15,440 bases of DNA from Armatimonadota bacterium. Lineage in GTDB: Bacteria; Sysuimicrobiota; Sysuimicrobiia; Sysuimicrobiales; Humicultoraceae. The notes beneath the pieces were generated by a model. That model made no database searches. It worked only from the letters and a program-made list of their open reading frames with translations, and was not told where the DNA came from. Of the stretch, positions 1-7,663 are shown one piece after another (position 1 is the stretch's first letter; the number at the start of each line of letters is the position of its first letter). Made by a program: the position numbers and the translations under genes. The stretch spans positions 1 to 15,440 of the forward strand of contig JBBIJB010000035.1 of NCBI GenBank assembly GCA_037446215.1, in the 5' to 3' direction.

Positions 1-616
1 CCGGCAGGTGCTCTATGAACCTGTACGGGCCGGTCCCTATGAACCTCCGTATCATCGAGGTCCCTGCCTCGTCCGCGATCTCCTTTGGGTAGATGACGGC
101 GCCCTGGCCGGGCATGCCGAGTATCAGGGGAACCAGGACGTTGGGCTCGCTCACCTTGAGCTCGACAGTGTGTCGGTCGACGGCCGTGAGCGCGGTGACG
201 ATCCGGAACAGCTCACGGCCGCGGGCCGCGAGCCGCGACCAGCGCGTCAGGGATGCCACCACGTCGTCGGCGGTCATCTCGCGCCCGTGGTGGAACATGA
301 CGTTGCGCCGCAGGTGGAAGGTGTAGACAAGCCGGCTCGGGCTGAGCGTCCAGCGGTCTATCAGCAGCGGGCGCGGCTCGAAGGTCGCGCTCAGCGCGAA
401 CAGCCCCTCGTAGATGTGGTTGCCGATGTCCTGCGTGATTGTGGCGGTGGTCCAGTGAAGATCGAGCGAAGGGGGCTCGCCGATGTGCGCGTGGCGGAGG
501 ACGCCCCCGCGGACGGGACGCGGCTCCGCGGGCGCGGGCGCCGCGGGCTGCACGGCCAGGGCCGCGACGAGCACGGCACCTAGAACGAGGATCGCCATCT
601 TGGTGGGTCTCACCAT
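1..616 (-). CDS. ABC transporter substrate-binding protein, family 5 (DppA/OppA-like); 5' part only, runs off the left edge
   Basis: Absent from the ORF track because there is no stop in the window. Read by hand from ATG at 616 (GGAGG RBS upstream): MVRPTKMAILVLGAVLVAALAVQPAAPAPAEPRPVRGGVLRHAHIGEPPSLDLHW...IYEGLF...YTFHLRRNVMFHHGREMTADDVVASL...FIGTGPYRFIEHLP. It has a signal peptide and family-5 motifs (YTFHLR, FHHG..MTADDV, GTGPY) and is collinear with the 695-2263 gene. Confidence 0.93.
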   Translation of the reverse strand, partial: MVRPTKMAILVLGAVLVAALAVQPAAPAPAEPRPVRGGVLRHAHIGEPPSLDLHWTTATITQDIGNHIYEGLFALSATFEPRPLLIDRWTLSPSRLVYTFHLRRNVMFHHGREMTADDVVASLTRWSRLAARGRELFRIVTALTAVDRHTVELKVSEPNVLVPLILGMPGQGAVIYPKEIADEAGTSMIRRFIGTGPYRFIEHLP

Positions 617-694
617 GGTCGCTCTCCTCCCTGCTATCCGCGCGAGGTATTACGGAGAATGTGCCATATTCCGAAGCGCCTGGCTAGCCCCCTC

Positions 695-2263
695 CTACCT
701 CGGCTCTATCCAGACGTTCCAGTGGTAGGTCGCGGGGACGCCCGTGTAACCCCGTACATCCTCCCGCAGCAGATGGAGCTGGAACCAGTCGCCCACCTTC
801 ACGGCGGCCGCGTCTTCATAGATGAGGCGCTGCGCGCGCCGCCAGATCTCCTTGCGCACCCTCGGGTCGCCGTGGCGCGCCAGCAGGCGCACGAGCGCGG
901 CCATCTCCCTGTTCTCGTACCATCCGGGCGAAGCGGGGGCCAGGAACACGAGCTGGGTCGGGTCCGGCACCAGCATGTACCGGGTGATGTGGAGGTCGTA
1001 GAGCTCGGGGCGCGCCCGCCTCGCCACCACCGTCGCCCAGTCGGTCACCTGGAGGTCGATCACGAACCCGGCGCGCTCGAGCTGGGACTTGGCGATGTTC
1101 GCCGACGCGAAGTGGGGGTAGATCTCGGTTGTGGCGAGCCAGCGGACGGGCTGCCCCTGGTATCCGGCCTCGGCCAGCAGCCTGCGGGCGCGCTCCGGAT
1201 CCTTCTGGTTGTAGAGCTCCTTGCCCGCGTCGGTCCACATCGGGTGCTCGCGGGCCACGTGTCCCGGATCCAGGCGCCAGAACTCCCGCGGCCCGTAGAC
1301 CCCGCGCATTATCGCCTCCATGTCCAGCGCCGCAAGGAAGGCGTGGCGGATCCGCCTGTCCCGCATCAGCGGAGAGCGGTGGTTGAAGAAGAAACCGTGC
1401 TGGTTCGCCTTGGGGATCACCATCGGGGTGATGCCCCTGATGCCCCGCAGCCGTCCATAGTCGTCGTGGGGGATCGTGTCCGCCATGTGGTACTCGCCCC
1501 GGATCACCCCTGCCACGCGCACCGCCGGGTCCGGGATGGGAACGAAGTAGATCGTATCGAGGTAGGCGACGCGCCGGCCCGCCATGCCGCTGGGCTCCTC
1601 GGTCACCGCGGTGTACTGCTCGAAGCGGTCGAGGCGGATGTGACGGTCGGGCAGGTGCTCTATGAACCTGTACGGGCCGGTCCCGATGAACCGCCTCACC
1701 ATCCCACCCCCGGCCTCGTCTATCACCTCCCGGGGATAGACGACCGCGCCCTGGCCGGGCATCGCCAGCGTCAGAGGCACCAGGGCGTTGGGCTCGCTCA
1801 GCCTGAGCTCCACCGTGTAGCGGTCGGTGGCCGCCAGCGCCGCGACATCACGGAACACCTCTCGGCCGCGGGCCGACAACCGCGACCAGCGCGCGAGTGA
1901 GGCCACCACATCGTCGGCGGTCATCTCGCGCCCGTGGTGGAACATCACGCCGCGCCGCAGGTGGAAGGTGTAGACGAGCCGGCTCGGGCTGAGCGTCCAG
2001 CGCTCGACCAGCAGCGGGCGCGGCTCGAAGGCCGCGCTCGGCGCGAACAGCCCCTCGTAGATGTGCACGCCGATGTCCTGCGTGATGGTAGCGGTGGTCC
2101 AGTGCAGGTCGAGCGAAGGGGGCTCGCCGTAGTGCGCGTAGCGGAAGACGCCGCCGCGGACCGGCCGCGGCTCCGCGGGCGCGGTGGCGGCGGGCTGGGC
2201 AGCGGTGGCGGCTGCGATCAGGACGGCGATGATGAGGATCGGTGCCTTGGCGGCGCCTGCCAT
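695..2263 (-). CDS. ABC transporter substrate-binding protein, family 5 (peptide/nickel/opine-like), 522 aa
   Basis: 522-aa ORF with a hydrophobic signal peptide lacking a lipobox Cys. Motifs GGVFRYA..GEPPSLD, IYEGLF, YTFHLRRGVMFHHG, MTADDVVASL, GTGPY, D.RIR.A, RARRLLAEAGY. GGAG RBS upstream of ATG 2263. Confidence 0.95.
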   Translation of the reverse strand: MAGAAKAPILIIAVLIAAATAAQPAATAPAEPRPVRGGVFRYAHYGEPPSLDLHWTTATITQDIGVHIYEGLFAPSAAFEPRPLLVERWTLSPSRLVYTFHLRRGVMFHHGREMTADDVVASLARWSRLSARGREVFRDVAALAATDRYTVELRLSEPNALVPLTLAMPGQGAVVYPREVIDEAGGGMVRRFIGTGPYRFIEHLPDRHIRLDRFEQYTAVTEEPSGMAGRRVAYLDTIYFVPIPDPAVRVAGVIRGEYHMADTIPHDDYGRLRGIRGITPMVIPKANQHGFFFNHRSPLMRDRRIRHAFLAALDMEAIMRGVYGPREFWRLDPGHVAREHPMWTDAGKELYNQKDPERARRLLAEAGYQGQPVRWLATTEIYPHFASANIAKSQLERAGFVIDLQVTDWATVVARRARPELYDLHITRYMLVPDPTQLVFLAPASPGWYENREMAALVRLLARHGDPRVRKEIWRRAQRLIYEDAAAVKVGDWFQLHLLREDVRGYTGVPATYHWNVWIEPR

Positions 2264-2388
2264 GCTCGCTCTCCAGGGTCTGACCGGCGGCGCGGAAGGT
2301 GCTGCGTCGCATCGATCGGCCGATGTGCTTCTATTCTGCGCACCGGCTCCACTTCCATTCGCGCTGTGCGCCGGCGAGCCCGATTCGA

Positions 2389-2394
2389 TACAAT
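2389..2394 (+). promoter_or_regulatory. Putative sigma70 -10 element (TACAAT) upstream of mfd
   Basis: TACAAT (5/6 match to TATAAT) in the divergent intergenic region, 36 nt before the mfd GTG. No convincing -35. Confidence 0.4.
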
Positions 2395-2430
2395 GGAGGT
2401 TACGGGTAGTCGTGGCGCGGGTGAAGGTCT

Positions 2431-5400
2431 GTGACGAGCGAGATCCTGGCGCTCCTTAGGGGGACGCCGGCCTACAGCGAGGTCAGGGAGGCCCTGCTCC
2501 GTGGGGCCTCGCCCCCGCTCGTCCTCGGGCCGGGGGGCAGCGCCGCCTCCCTCGTGGTCGCGGCCGCGGCCACGGATCCCGCGATCGCCGGGGGCATCCG
2601 TCGTGTGCTGGCAATCGCGCCGGATCGGGGCTCGGCCGTCCGGCTGGCCTCGGATCTCACGGCCCTCCTGGCCGAGGAGGGCTGGCGGGTCGTCGCCTAC
2701 ACAGGACCCGAGGTCCAGCCCGCGGAGGTCGAGCACACCCGGGAGCAGCTCGCCGCGCTCGCCGCGCTTCGGGGGCAAGAGGCCACGGCGGTCGTGGCGC
2801 CGGCCGCGGCGCTCGCCGAACCCCTCCCCTCACCGGAGTCGCTGGAGCTCGCCACCATCCGTGTGCGGGCAGGCCAGATCCTCCCCCGCGGCCACCTGGT
2901 CCGCGTGATCGAGGCCGGGGGCTACCAGCGCACCGGGCTGGTGGCCGGCCGCGGCGAGTTCGCGGTCCGCGGCGGGATAGTGGACCTCTTCCCCCCGGAC
3001 GCCGAGGCCCCGGTCCGAGTCGACCTGTGGGGCGACGAGGTGGATTCGGTCAGGACCTTCGACCCCCTCTCGCAGCGGGGGCTCGACCTGCTGGACGAGG
3101 CGGTGGTGAGGCCGGCGCTCCTCGACCCGGAGCGGGTCGGGCCCGCGTGGGTCTCTCTCGCCGACTACCTCCCGCCGGGAGGGATGCTGGCTCTCCTCGA
3201 GCCGGCCGAGTGCGAGACGGCCGTCCAGTCGCAGACGCGGAGGGAGGCGTCCCTGGAGGCACCCCAGGGCAGGATGACCCTCGCCGTCTCCGCCGCCCGC
3301 ACCCCGCGGGGGCGCTGGCAGGAGACGAGGATGGCCGCCGCCGGGGTCGAGGCCCACGGGGGGCAGACCCACCTGCTGGCGCAGATGCTGACCTCGCTCG
3401 CCGGTGAGGGACTGCACGTGGTGGTCGCGTCGGCCCAGGCGGAGCGGATGGCAGGGGTCCTGCGCGGCGCCGGGGTAGAGATAGGCCTCGCCGAGCCGGG
3501 CGCGGCAGGGGCGTTCCTCCCCGGCACGATCACCGCCGTCCAGGCCCCCCTGTGGAGGGGGTTCCGCCTGGACTGGGCAGGGCTCGCCGTAGTCACCGAC
3601 GCCGAGATCGTCGGTTGGCGGAGGCGCCGCCCGCGCATGCGCTTCCTCCGCGAGGGGGAGCGGATCACCTCCTTCGCCGACCTCTCGCCGGGCGACCTCG
3701 TGGTCCACCTCCACCACGGGATAAGCCGCTACCGGGGGCTCGTCCGCATGGGCGCCGACGGCGCCGAGCGCGAGTACATGCTGCTCGAGTACGCGGCCGA
3801 GGACCGGCTCTACGTTCCCACCGACCAGGTCGGGCTGGTGAACCGGTACATCGGCTCCGAGGGCGAGCAGGTGCGGATCCACCGCCTGGGCGGAGCCGAC
3901 TGGGAGCGCGAGAAGCGGCGGGTCAAGGAGGCGGCGCGCGAGATGGCCGCCTCGCTCCTCTCGCTCTACGCCGCGCGGGCCTCCGCGCCGGGCCACACCT
4001 TCGGGCCCGACACCCACTGGCAGCGCGAGATGGAGGAGGCGTTTCCCCACCGGGAGACGCCCGATCAGCGCGCGGCGATCGAGCAGGTCAAGCGCGACAT
4101 GGAGTCGCCCAGGCCGATGGACCGGCTGGTCGCGGGCGATGTCGGCTACGGCAAGACCGAGGTCGCGATGCGCGCCGCGTTCAAGGCGGTGATGGAGGGC
4201 AAGCAGGTCGCGGTGGTGGTGCCGACCACGGTGCTCGCGCAGCAGCACTACAACGTCTTCAGCGAGCGCTTCGCCCGCTTCCCCGTGACCGTCGAGATGA
4301 TCAGCAGGTTCCGCTCGCCCTCCGAGCAGCAGGAGATACTGCGGCGGACCGCCTCCGGGGGCGTGGACGTCCTGATCGGCACCCACAGGATCCTCGCGAA
4401 GGACGTGCGGTTCAGAGACCTCGGCCTGGTCGTCATAGACGAGGAGCAGCGGTTCGGCGTCGCGCACAAGGAGCGGCTCAAGGCGCTGCGGCGGAGCGTG
4501 GACGTGCTGACGCTGACCGCGACCCCGATCCCCCGCACGCTGCACATGTCGCTCTCCGGCCTGCGCGACATGACCGTGATGGAGACGCCGCCCGAGGCGC
4601 GCCTGCCCGTCCACACCGAGATCCGGCCGCAGTCGGACGAGACCATCCGGTACGCGATCGAGCGGGAGATCGCGCGGGGCGGTCAGGTCTACGTCGTCCA
4701 CAACAGGGTGATGTCGATCGAGCGCGCGGCCAGGCGGATCCGCGCGCTGGTACCGGAGGCGCGCGTGGCGGTGGCGCACGGGCAGATGGGCGAGGAGCGG
4801 CTGGAGGCGGTGATGCTCGACTTCCTGGGCGGCCACACCGACGTGCTGGTCTGCACCACGATAGTCGAGATCGGCCTCGACATCGCCCAGGTCAACACGG
4901 TAGTCATCGAGGACGCCCACCTGATGGGGCTGGCGCAGCTCTACCAGCTGCGCGGCCGTGTGGGGCGCGCGGACCGCCAGGCCTACTGCTACCTGCTCTA
5001 CCCGCAGAACGTGCCGCTCACCCCCGAGGCGGAGCAGCGGCTGCGGGCGATGGCCGAGTTCGTGGAGCTGGGATCCGGGCTGGGGCTGGCGATGCGCGAC
5101 CTCGAGATCCGCGGTGCCGGCAACATCCTGGGGCCTGAGCAGCACGGCCACGTGGCCGCGGTCGGATTCGACCTCTACTGCCGCCTGCTGGACGAGGCGA
5201 TAAGGGAGGCCCGCGGCGAGATCGTCGAGGAGCCGCGCGATCCCACGCTGGAGCTGGGGGTCAGCGCCCACCTGCCGCTGTCCTACGTCCCGTCCGAGGC
5301 CGATCGGATCGTGTTTTACAGGGGGCTCGGCGCCGCGCGCACCGCCGAGGAGGTCGAGGAGGCCGCCGCTCAGATGCAGGAGCGGTGGGGCCCTGCTCCG

Positions 5401-5694
5401 GATCCGGCGCTCGCCCTCCTGGACGCGGCGCGGCTGCGCGTCGCGGCCCGCGACGCCGGCGTCGCCTCGATAGCGCGCCAGGGCGGCGCCTTCGTGGTGC
5501 GCTTCTCCGAGGGCGGCCACATGGACGACGAGGCGCAGCGGCAACTGCGCGCGGCTCTGGGCAGGCGGGCACAGATCACCGCGAACGGCGTGACGGTGCC
5601 GGCCTCGGGCCGGACCTTCGGCGAGCAGGCCGCCTCCCTGGCCGACCTGATACGGCTGGCCGGGCGGCTGTCGTTGAGGGCAGCGGCAGGATAA
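2431..5694 (+). CDS. mfd: Transcription-repair coupling factor Mfd, 1087 aa
   Basis: UvrB-like N-terminal motif (GEFAVRGGIVDLFP), CarD-like RID (GDLVVHLHHGISRYRG...LYVP), Walker A GDVGYGKT, DEEQRFG, TATPIPRT, QLRGRVGR, TRG motif AMRDLEIRGAGN, C-terminal TRCF region. The GTG start is approximate. Confidence 0.98.
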   Translation: MTSEILALLRGTPAYSEVREALLRGASPPLVLGPGGSAASLVVAAAATDPAIAGGIRRVLAIAPDRGSAVRLASDLTALLAEEGWRVVAYTGPEVQPAEVEHTREQLAALAALRGQEATAVVAPAAALAEPLPSPESLELATIRVRAGQILPRGHLVRVIEAGGYQRTGLVAGRGEFAVRGGIVDLFPPDAEAPVRVDLWGDEVDSVRTFDPLSQRGLDLLDEAVVRPALLDPERVGPAWVSLADYLPPGGMLALLEPAECETAVQSQTRREASLEAPQGRMTLAVSAARTPRGRWQETRMAAAGVEAHGGQTHLLAQMLTSLAGEGLHVVVASAQAERMAGVLRGAGVEIGLAEPGAAGAFLPGTITAVQAPLWRGFRLDWAGLAVVTDAEIVGWRRRRPRMRFLREGERITSFADLSPGDLVVHLHHGISRYRGLVRMGADGAEREYMLLEYAAEDRLYVPTDQVGLVNRYIGSEGEQVRIHRLGGADWEREKRRVKEAAREMAASLLSLYAARASAPGHTFGPDTHWQREMEEAFPHRETPDQRAAIEQVKRDMESPRPMDRLVAGDVGYGKTEVAMRAAFKAVMEGKQVAVVVPTTVLAQQHYNVFSERFARFPVTVEMISRFRSPSEQQEILRRTASGGVDVLIGTHRILAKDVRFRDLGLVVIDEEQRFGVAHKERLKALRRSVDVLTLTATPIPRTLHMSLSGLRDMTVMETPPEARLPVHTEIRPQSDETIRYAIEREIARGGQVYVVHNRVMSIERAARRIRALVPEARVAVAHGQMGEERLEAVMLDFLGGHTDVLVCTTIVEIGLDIAQVNTVVIEDAHLMGLAQLYQLRGRVGRADRQAYCYLLYPQNVPLTPEAEQRLRAMAEFVELGSGLGLAMRDLEIRGAGNILGPEQHGHVAAVGFDLYCRLLDEAIREARGEIVEEPRDPTLELGVSAHLPLSYVPSEADRIVFYRGLGAARTAEEVEEAAAQMQERWGPAPDPALALLDAARLRVAARDAGVASIARQGGAFVVRFSEGGHMDDEAQRQLRAALGRRAQITANGVTVPASGRTFGEQAASLADLIRLAGRLSLRAAAG

Positions 5695-5710
5695 CCCGCG
5701 GCGATGCCGA

Positions 5711-5735
5711 ATTGTGCGCAAGATTGTGCACAATC
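5711..5735. promoter_or_regulatory. Tandem palindromic operator, likely the binding site of the adjacent GntR regulator
   Basis: Perfect 14-bp palindrome GATTGTGCACAATC at 5722-5735, preceded by a near copy ATTGTGCGCAA at 5711-5721 (12-bp period). It is an AT-rich island in GC-rich DNA and fits the GntR-family GT-Nx-AC palindrome pattern. Confidence 0.75.
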
Positions 5736-5765
5736 CCGATAGGCTTCGGTGGTCCGGGAGCGAAG

Positions 5766-6461
5766 ATGCCGCGGCAGGGAAGGGCGACCAACACGTCGGC
5801 CACCCTCAAGGAGCGCGCCCACTCGCGCCTTCGAACAGAGATCCTCGAGGGCAAGATCCCCCAGGGCGCGGACCTGCGCGAGGCCGACCTGAGCCGGCGG
5901 CTGGGGATCAGCCGCACCCCGCTGCGCGAGGCCCTAAGCCGGCTCGCAGAGGAGGGTCTGGTCGAGGTCCTCCCCTACAGAGGCGCGCGCGTCGTGCTCC
6001 TGAACGGCTCCCACCTCGCGGAGATCTTCGAGGTTCGCGAGGCGATCGAAGGGCTGGCCGCGCGCCTGGCCGCCGAGCGCATGTCGGAGAAGCACATCGC
6101 GGAGTGCAGGCAGAAGTTCAGTGCGCGCCTGCGCGAGGTAGGCCGGAGGCCCAACGCCTACCACGCCCCCACCAGGGACTTCCACCGTGAGATCCTCCAC
6201 GCGTCGGGGAACGCGGTGCTTCTCGACATCTCCCACCGTCTCCACGCGCGCATGACCCTGGCCCGCGCGGTCTCGGGCGCGTTCCACCAGCGGTCGGCCG
6301 AGGCGGCGCGCGAGCACCTGGCGATCCTCGCCGCGGTCGAGGAGCGCGACGGCTGCGCGGCGGAGCGGCTGATGCGCCGACACATAAGGCAGTCCCGCGA
6401 CAACCTCCTGGAGTACTTCGAGGATGTGGGTCGGGAGCAGGAGCGCATATGGACAGGCTAG
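5766..6461 (+). CDS. GntR-family transcriptional regulator (wHTH + FCD domain), 231 aa
   Basis: ATG 5766 after a GGGAG RBS, within track ORF 5385-6461. wHTH LREADLSRRLGISRTPLREALSRL..EGLV...PYRGARV. FCD motifs E.FEVREAIEG, DFH..I..ASGN, EHLAIL.A, MRRHI. Confidence 0.95.
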   Translation: MPRQGRATNTSATLKERAHSRLRTEILEGKIPQGADLREADLSRRLGISRTPLREALSRLAEEGLVEVLPYRGARVVLLNGSHLAEIFEVREAIEGLAARLAAERMSEKHIAECRQKFSARLREVGRRPNAYHAPTRDFHREILHASGNAVLLDISHRLHARMTLARAVSGAFHQRSAEAAREHLAILAAVEERDGCAAERLMRRHIRQSRDNLLEYFEDVGREQERIWTG

Positions 6462-7663
6462 CGGACTACCTCAGCCCCCACGTCCGGAGGCCCGAGGTCA
6501 GGGACGAGTCGCGCCTGCCGGACGAGATCGTCGTCTGCGACTGCACCGCGCGCGAGGGAGACCAGGCCGCCTCGGCCGAGTTCGGGGTGGAGGCGAAGGT
6601 GGCGCTGATCCGACTGCTGGACGAGATCGGTGTCCCGCAGGCGCAGGCGGGCTACCCGGGCAAGGCGCGGACGGACGCGGAGACGGTCCTCCGGGTCAAG
6701 AGGCTCGGCCTCCGGATCAAGGTCGAGGCGATCACCCAGGTCTTCGATCCCGACTGGCGCGACGAGGTGGATGCGGCGATCGAGTGCGGGCCCGACATCA
6801 TAGACATCCAGCTGCCCTGCTCCGACCAGCGGCTGCGGCTGCTGCTGAAGATGACGCGCGAGGAGATGCTCGAGCGGGCGGTCGAGGCGATCGGCCGGGC
6901 CCGGGGCCGCGTGCCGATCGTCCGCTTCGCGCCCACCGACACCACCCGCGCCGACCTCGACTTCGTTCGAACCCTGTTCGGGGCGGCGCTGGACGCGGGC
7001 GCGGACCGGCTCTCGGTGGCGGACACCGCTGGCGCGATGTTCCCGCCGGCGATGCGCTGGATGGTGGGCGCGCTGACGCGCGAGTTCGACGTGCCTCTCC
7101 AGGTGCACTGCCACAACGACTTCGGCCTGGCGCTGGCCAACACCCTCGCCGCGGCCGAGGGCGGCGCCTCGATCCTCGACGTGACCGTGAACGGACTGGG
7201 CGAGCGGGCGGGCAGCGCCTGCATGGACGAGACGGTGCTGGCGCTGGAGGCGTTCTACGGGGTCCGGACCGGGATCGCGACCGAGGACCTCTTCAAGCTC
7301 TCCCATCTGGTGGCCGAGTGGACCGGCATCCCGATCCCCGTCCACAAGCCGCTGGTGGGCGAGAGCGCCTTCTCGCACAAGCTCGAGGGCCACGTGCGCG
7401 GAGTACTCACCTCCCCCCCTCTCTACGAGCCCCTCCCGCCCGAGCTCGTAGGCAACAGGAGGCGCATCCTGATCGGCAAGTACAGCGGCATGAACGCGGT
7501 GCGCTACCGCCTCGGGCAGGCGGGCATCGAGGTGAGCGACGAGCAGGCCCGCAGGGTGGTGGGCGCGCTGCGGAAGGTCTGGGATCGCGGGGAGACAGGC
7601 ACCCTGTCGGACGACGCCTTCCTCGCGCTCGCCGAGGAGGCGCTACGCCAGTGGCCGCGCTGA
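6449..7663 (+). CDS. DRE-TIM metallolyase, LeuA/homocitrate synthase/citramalate synthase-like, atypical and lacking a regulatory domain, 404 aa
   Basis: DCTAREGDQ (cf. DTTLR[D/E]GEQ), ADTAG, HCHNDFGLALANTLAA (metal-binding HxH), TVNGLGERAG, KPLVG, YEPLPPELVG, GKYSG. AGGAG RBS. Overlaps the gntR stop by 13 nt. Confidence 0.9.
   Translation: MDRLADYLSPHVRRPEVRDESRLPDEIVVCDCTAREGDQAASAEFGVEAKVALIRLLDEIGVPQAQAGYPGKARTDAETVLRVKRLGLRIKVEAITQVFDPDWRDEVDAAIECGPDIIDIQLPCSDQRLRLLLKMTREEMLERAVEAIGRARGRVPIVRFAPTDTTRADLDFVRTLFGAALDAGADRLSVADTAGAMFPPAMRWMVGALTREFDVPLQVHCHNDFGLALANTLAAAEGGASILDVTVNGLGERAGSACMDETVLALEAFYGVRTGIATEDLFKLSHLVAEWTGIPIPVHKPLVGESAFSHKLEGHVRGVLTSPPLYEPLPPELVGNRRRILIGKYSGMNAVRYRLGQAGIEVSDEQARRVVGALRKVWDRGETGTLSDDAFLALAEEALRQWPR

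Larger units (their letters stand above)
1..2272. repeat. Tandem gene duplication with 1647-bp period (about 1-625 vs 1648-2272)
   Basis: GGCAGGTGCTCTATGAACCTGTACGGGCCGGTCCC occurs at 3 and 1650. The ATGs are at 616 and 2263, the same 1647 offset, so there is no net indel. GGAGAGCGA lies upstream of both starts. Confidence 0.9.

Noticed and set aside
646..680. Imperfect inverted repeat or weak promoter (TTCGGA-17-TAATAC on the minus strand) between the two SBP genes
   Set aside because: The stem has mismatches and no U-tract, and the -10 lacks the conserved final T. Too weak to call.
2309..2328. Short palindrome (CATCG-ATCGGC-CGATG / ATCGGCCGAT) in the SBP-mfd divergent region
   Set aside because: Short and GC-rich, so expected by chance. 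No matching riboswitch or ncRNA pattern was recognised.
2830..5733. 967-aa minus-strand ORF antisense to mfd, and other long antisense ORFs (659-1900, 6458-7393, 10326-12044, 13190-14725, 14820-15383)
   Set aside because: Shadow frames typical of GC-rich coding DNA. They have no recognisable motifs and fully overlap well-supported genes.
5385..5765. N-terminal extension of the GntR ORF (also the extensions of tctA from 12968 and leuD from 8870)
   Set aside because: They overlap upstream genes out of frame. RBS positions and domain starts support 5766, 13250 and 8918.
6424..7650. N-terminal ~409 aa of the 827-aa ORF, suggesting a LeuC fusion protein
   Set aside because: It is an Arg/Gly/Ala-rich off-frame reading of the DRE-TIM gene. 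LeuC homology starts at GTG 7651, which has its own GAGGAGG RBS.
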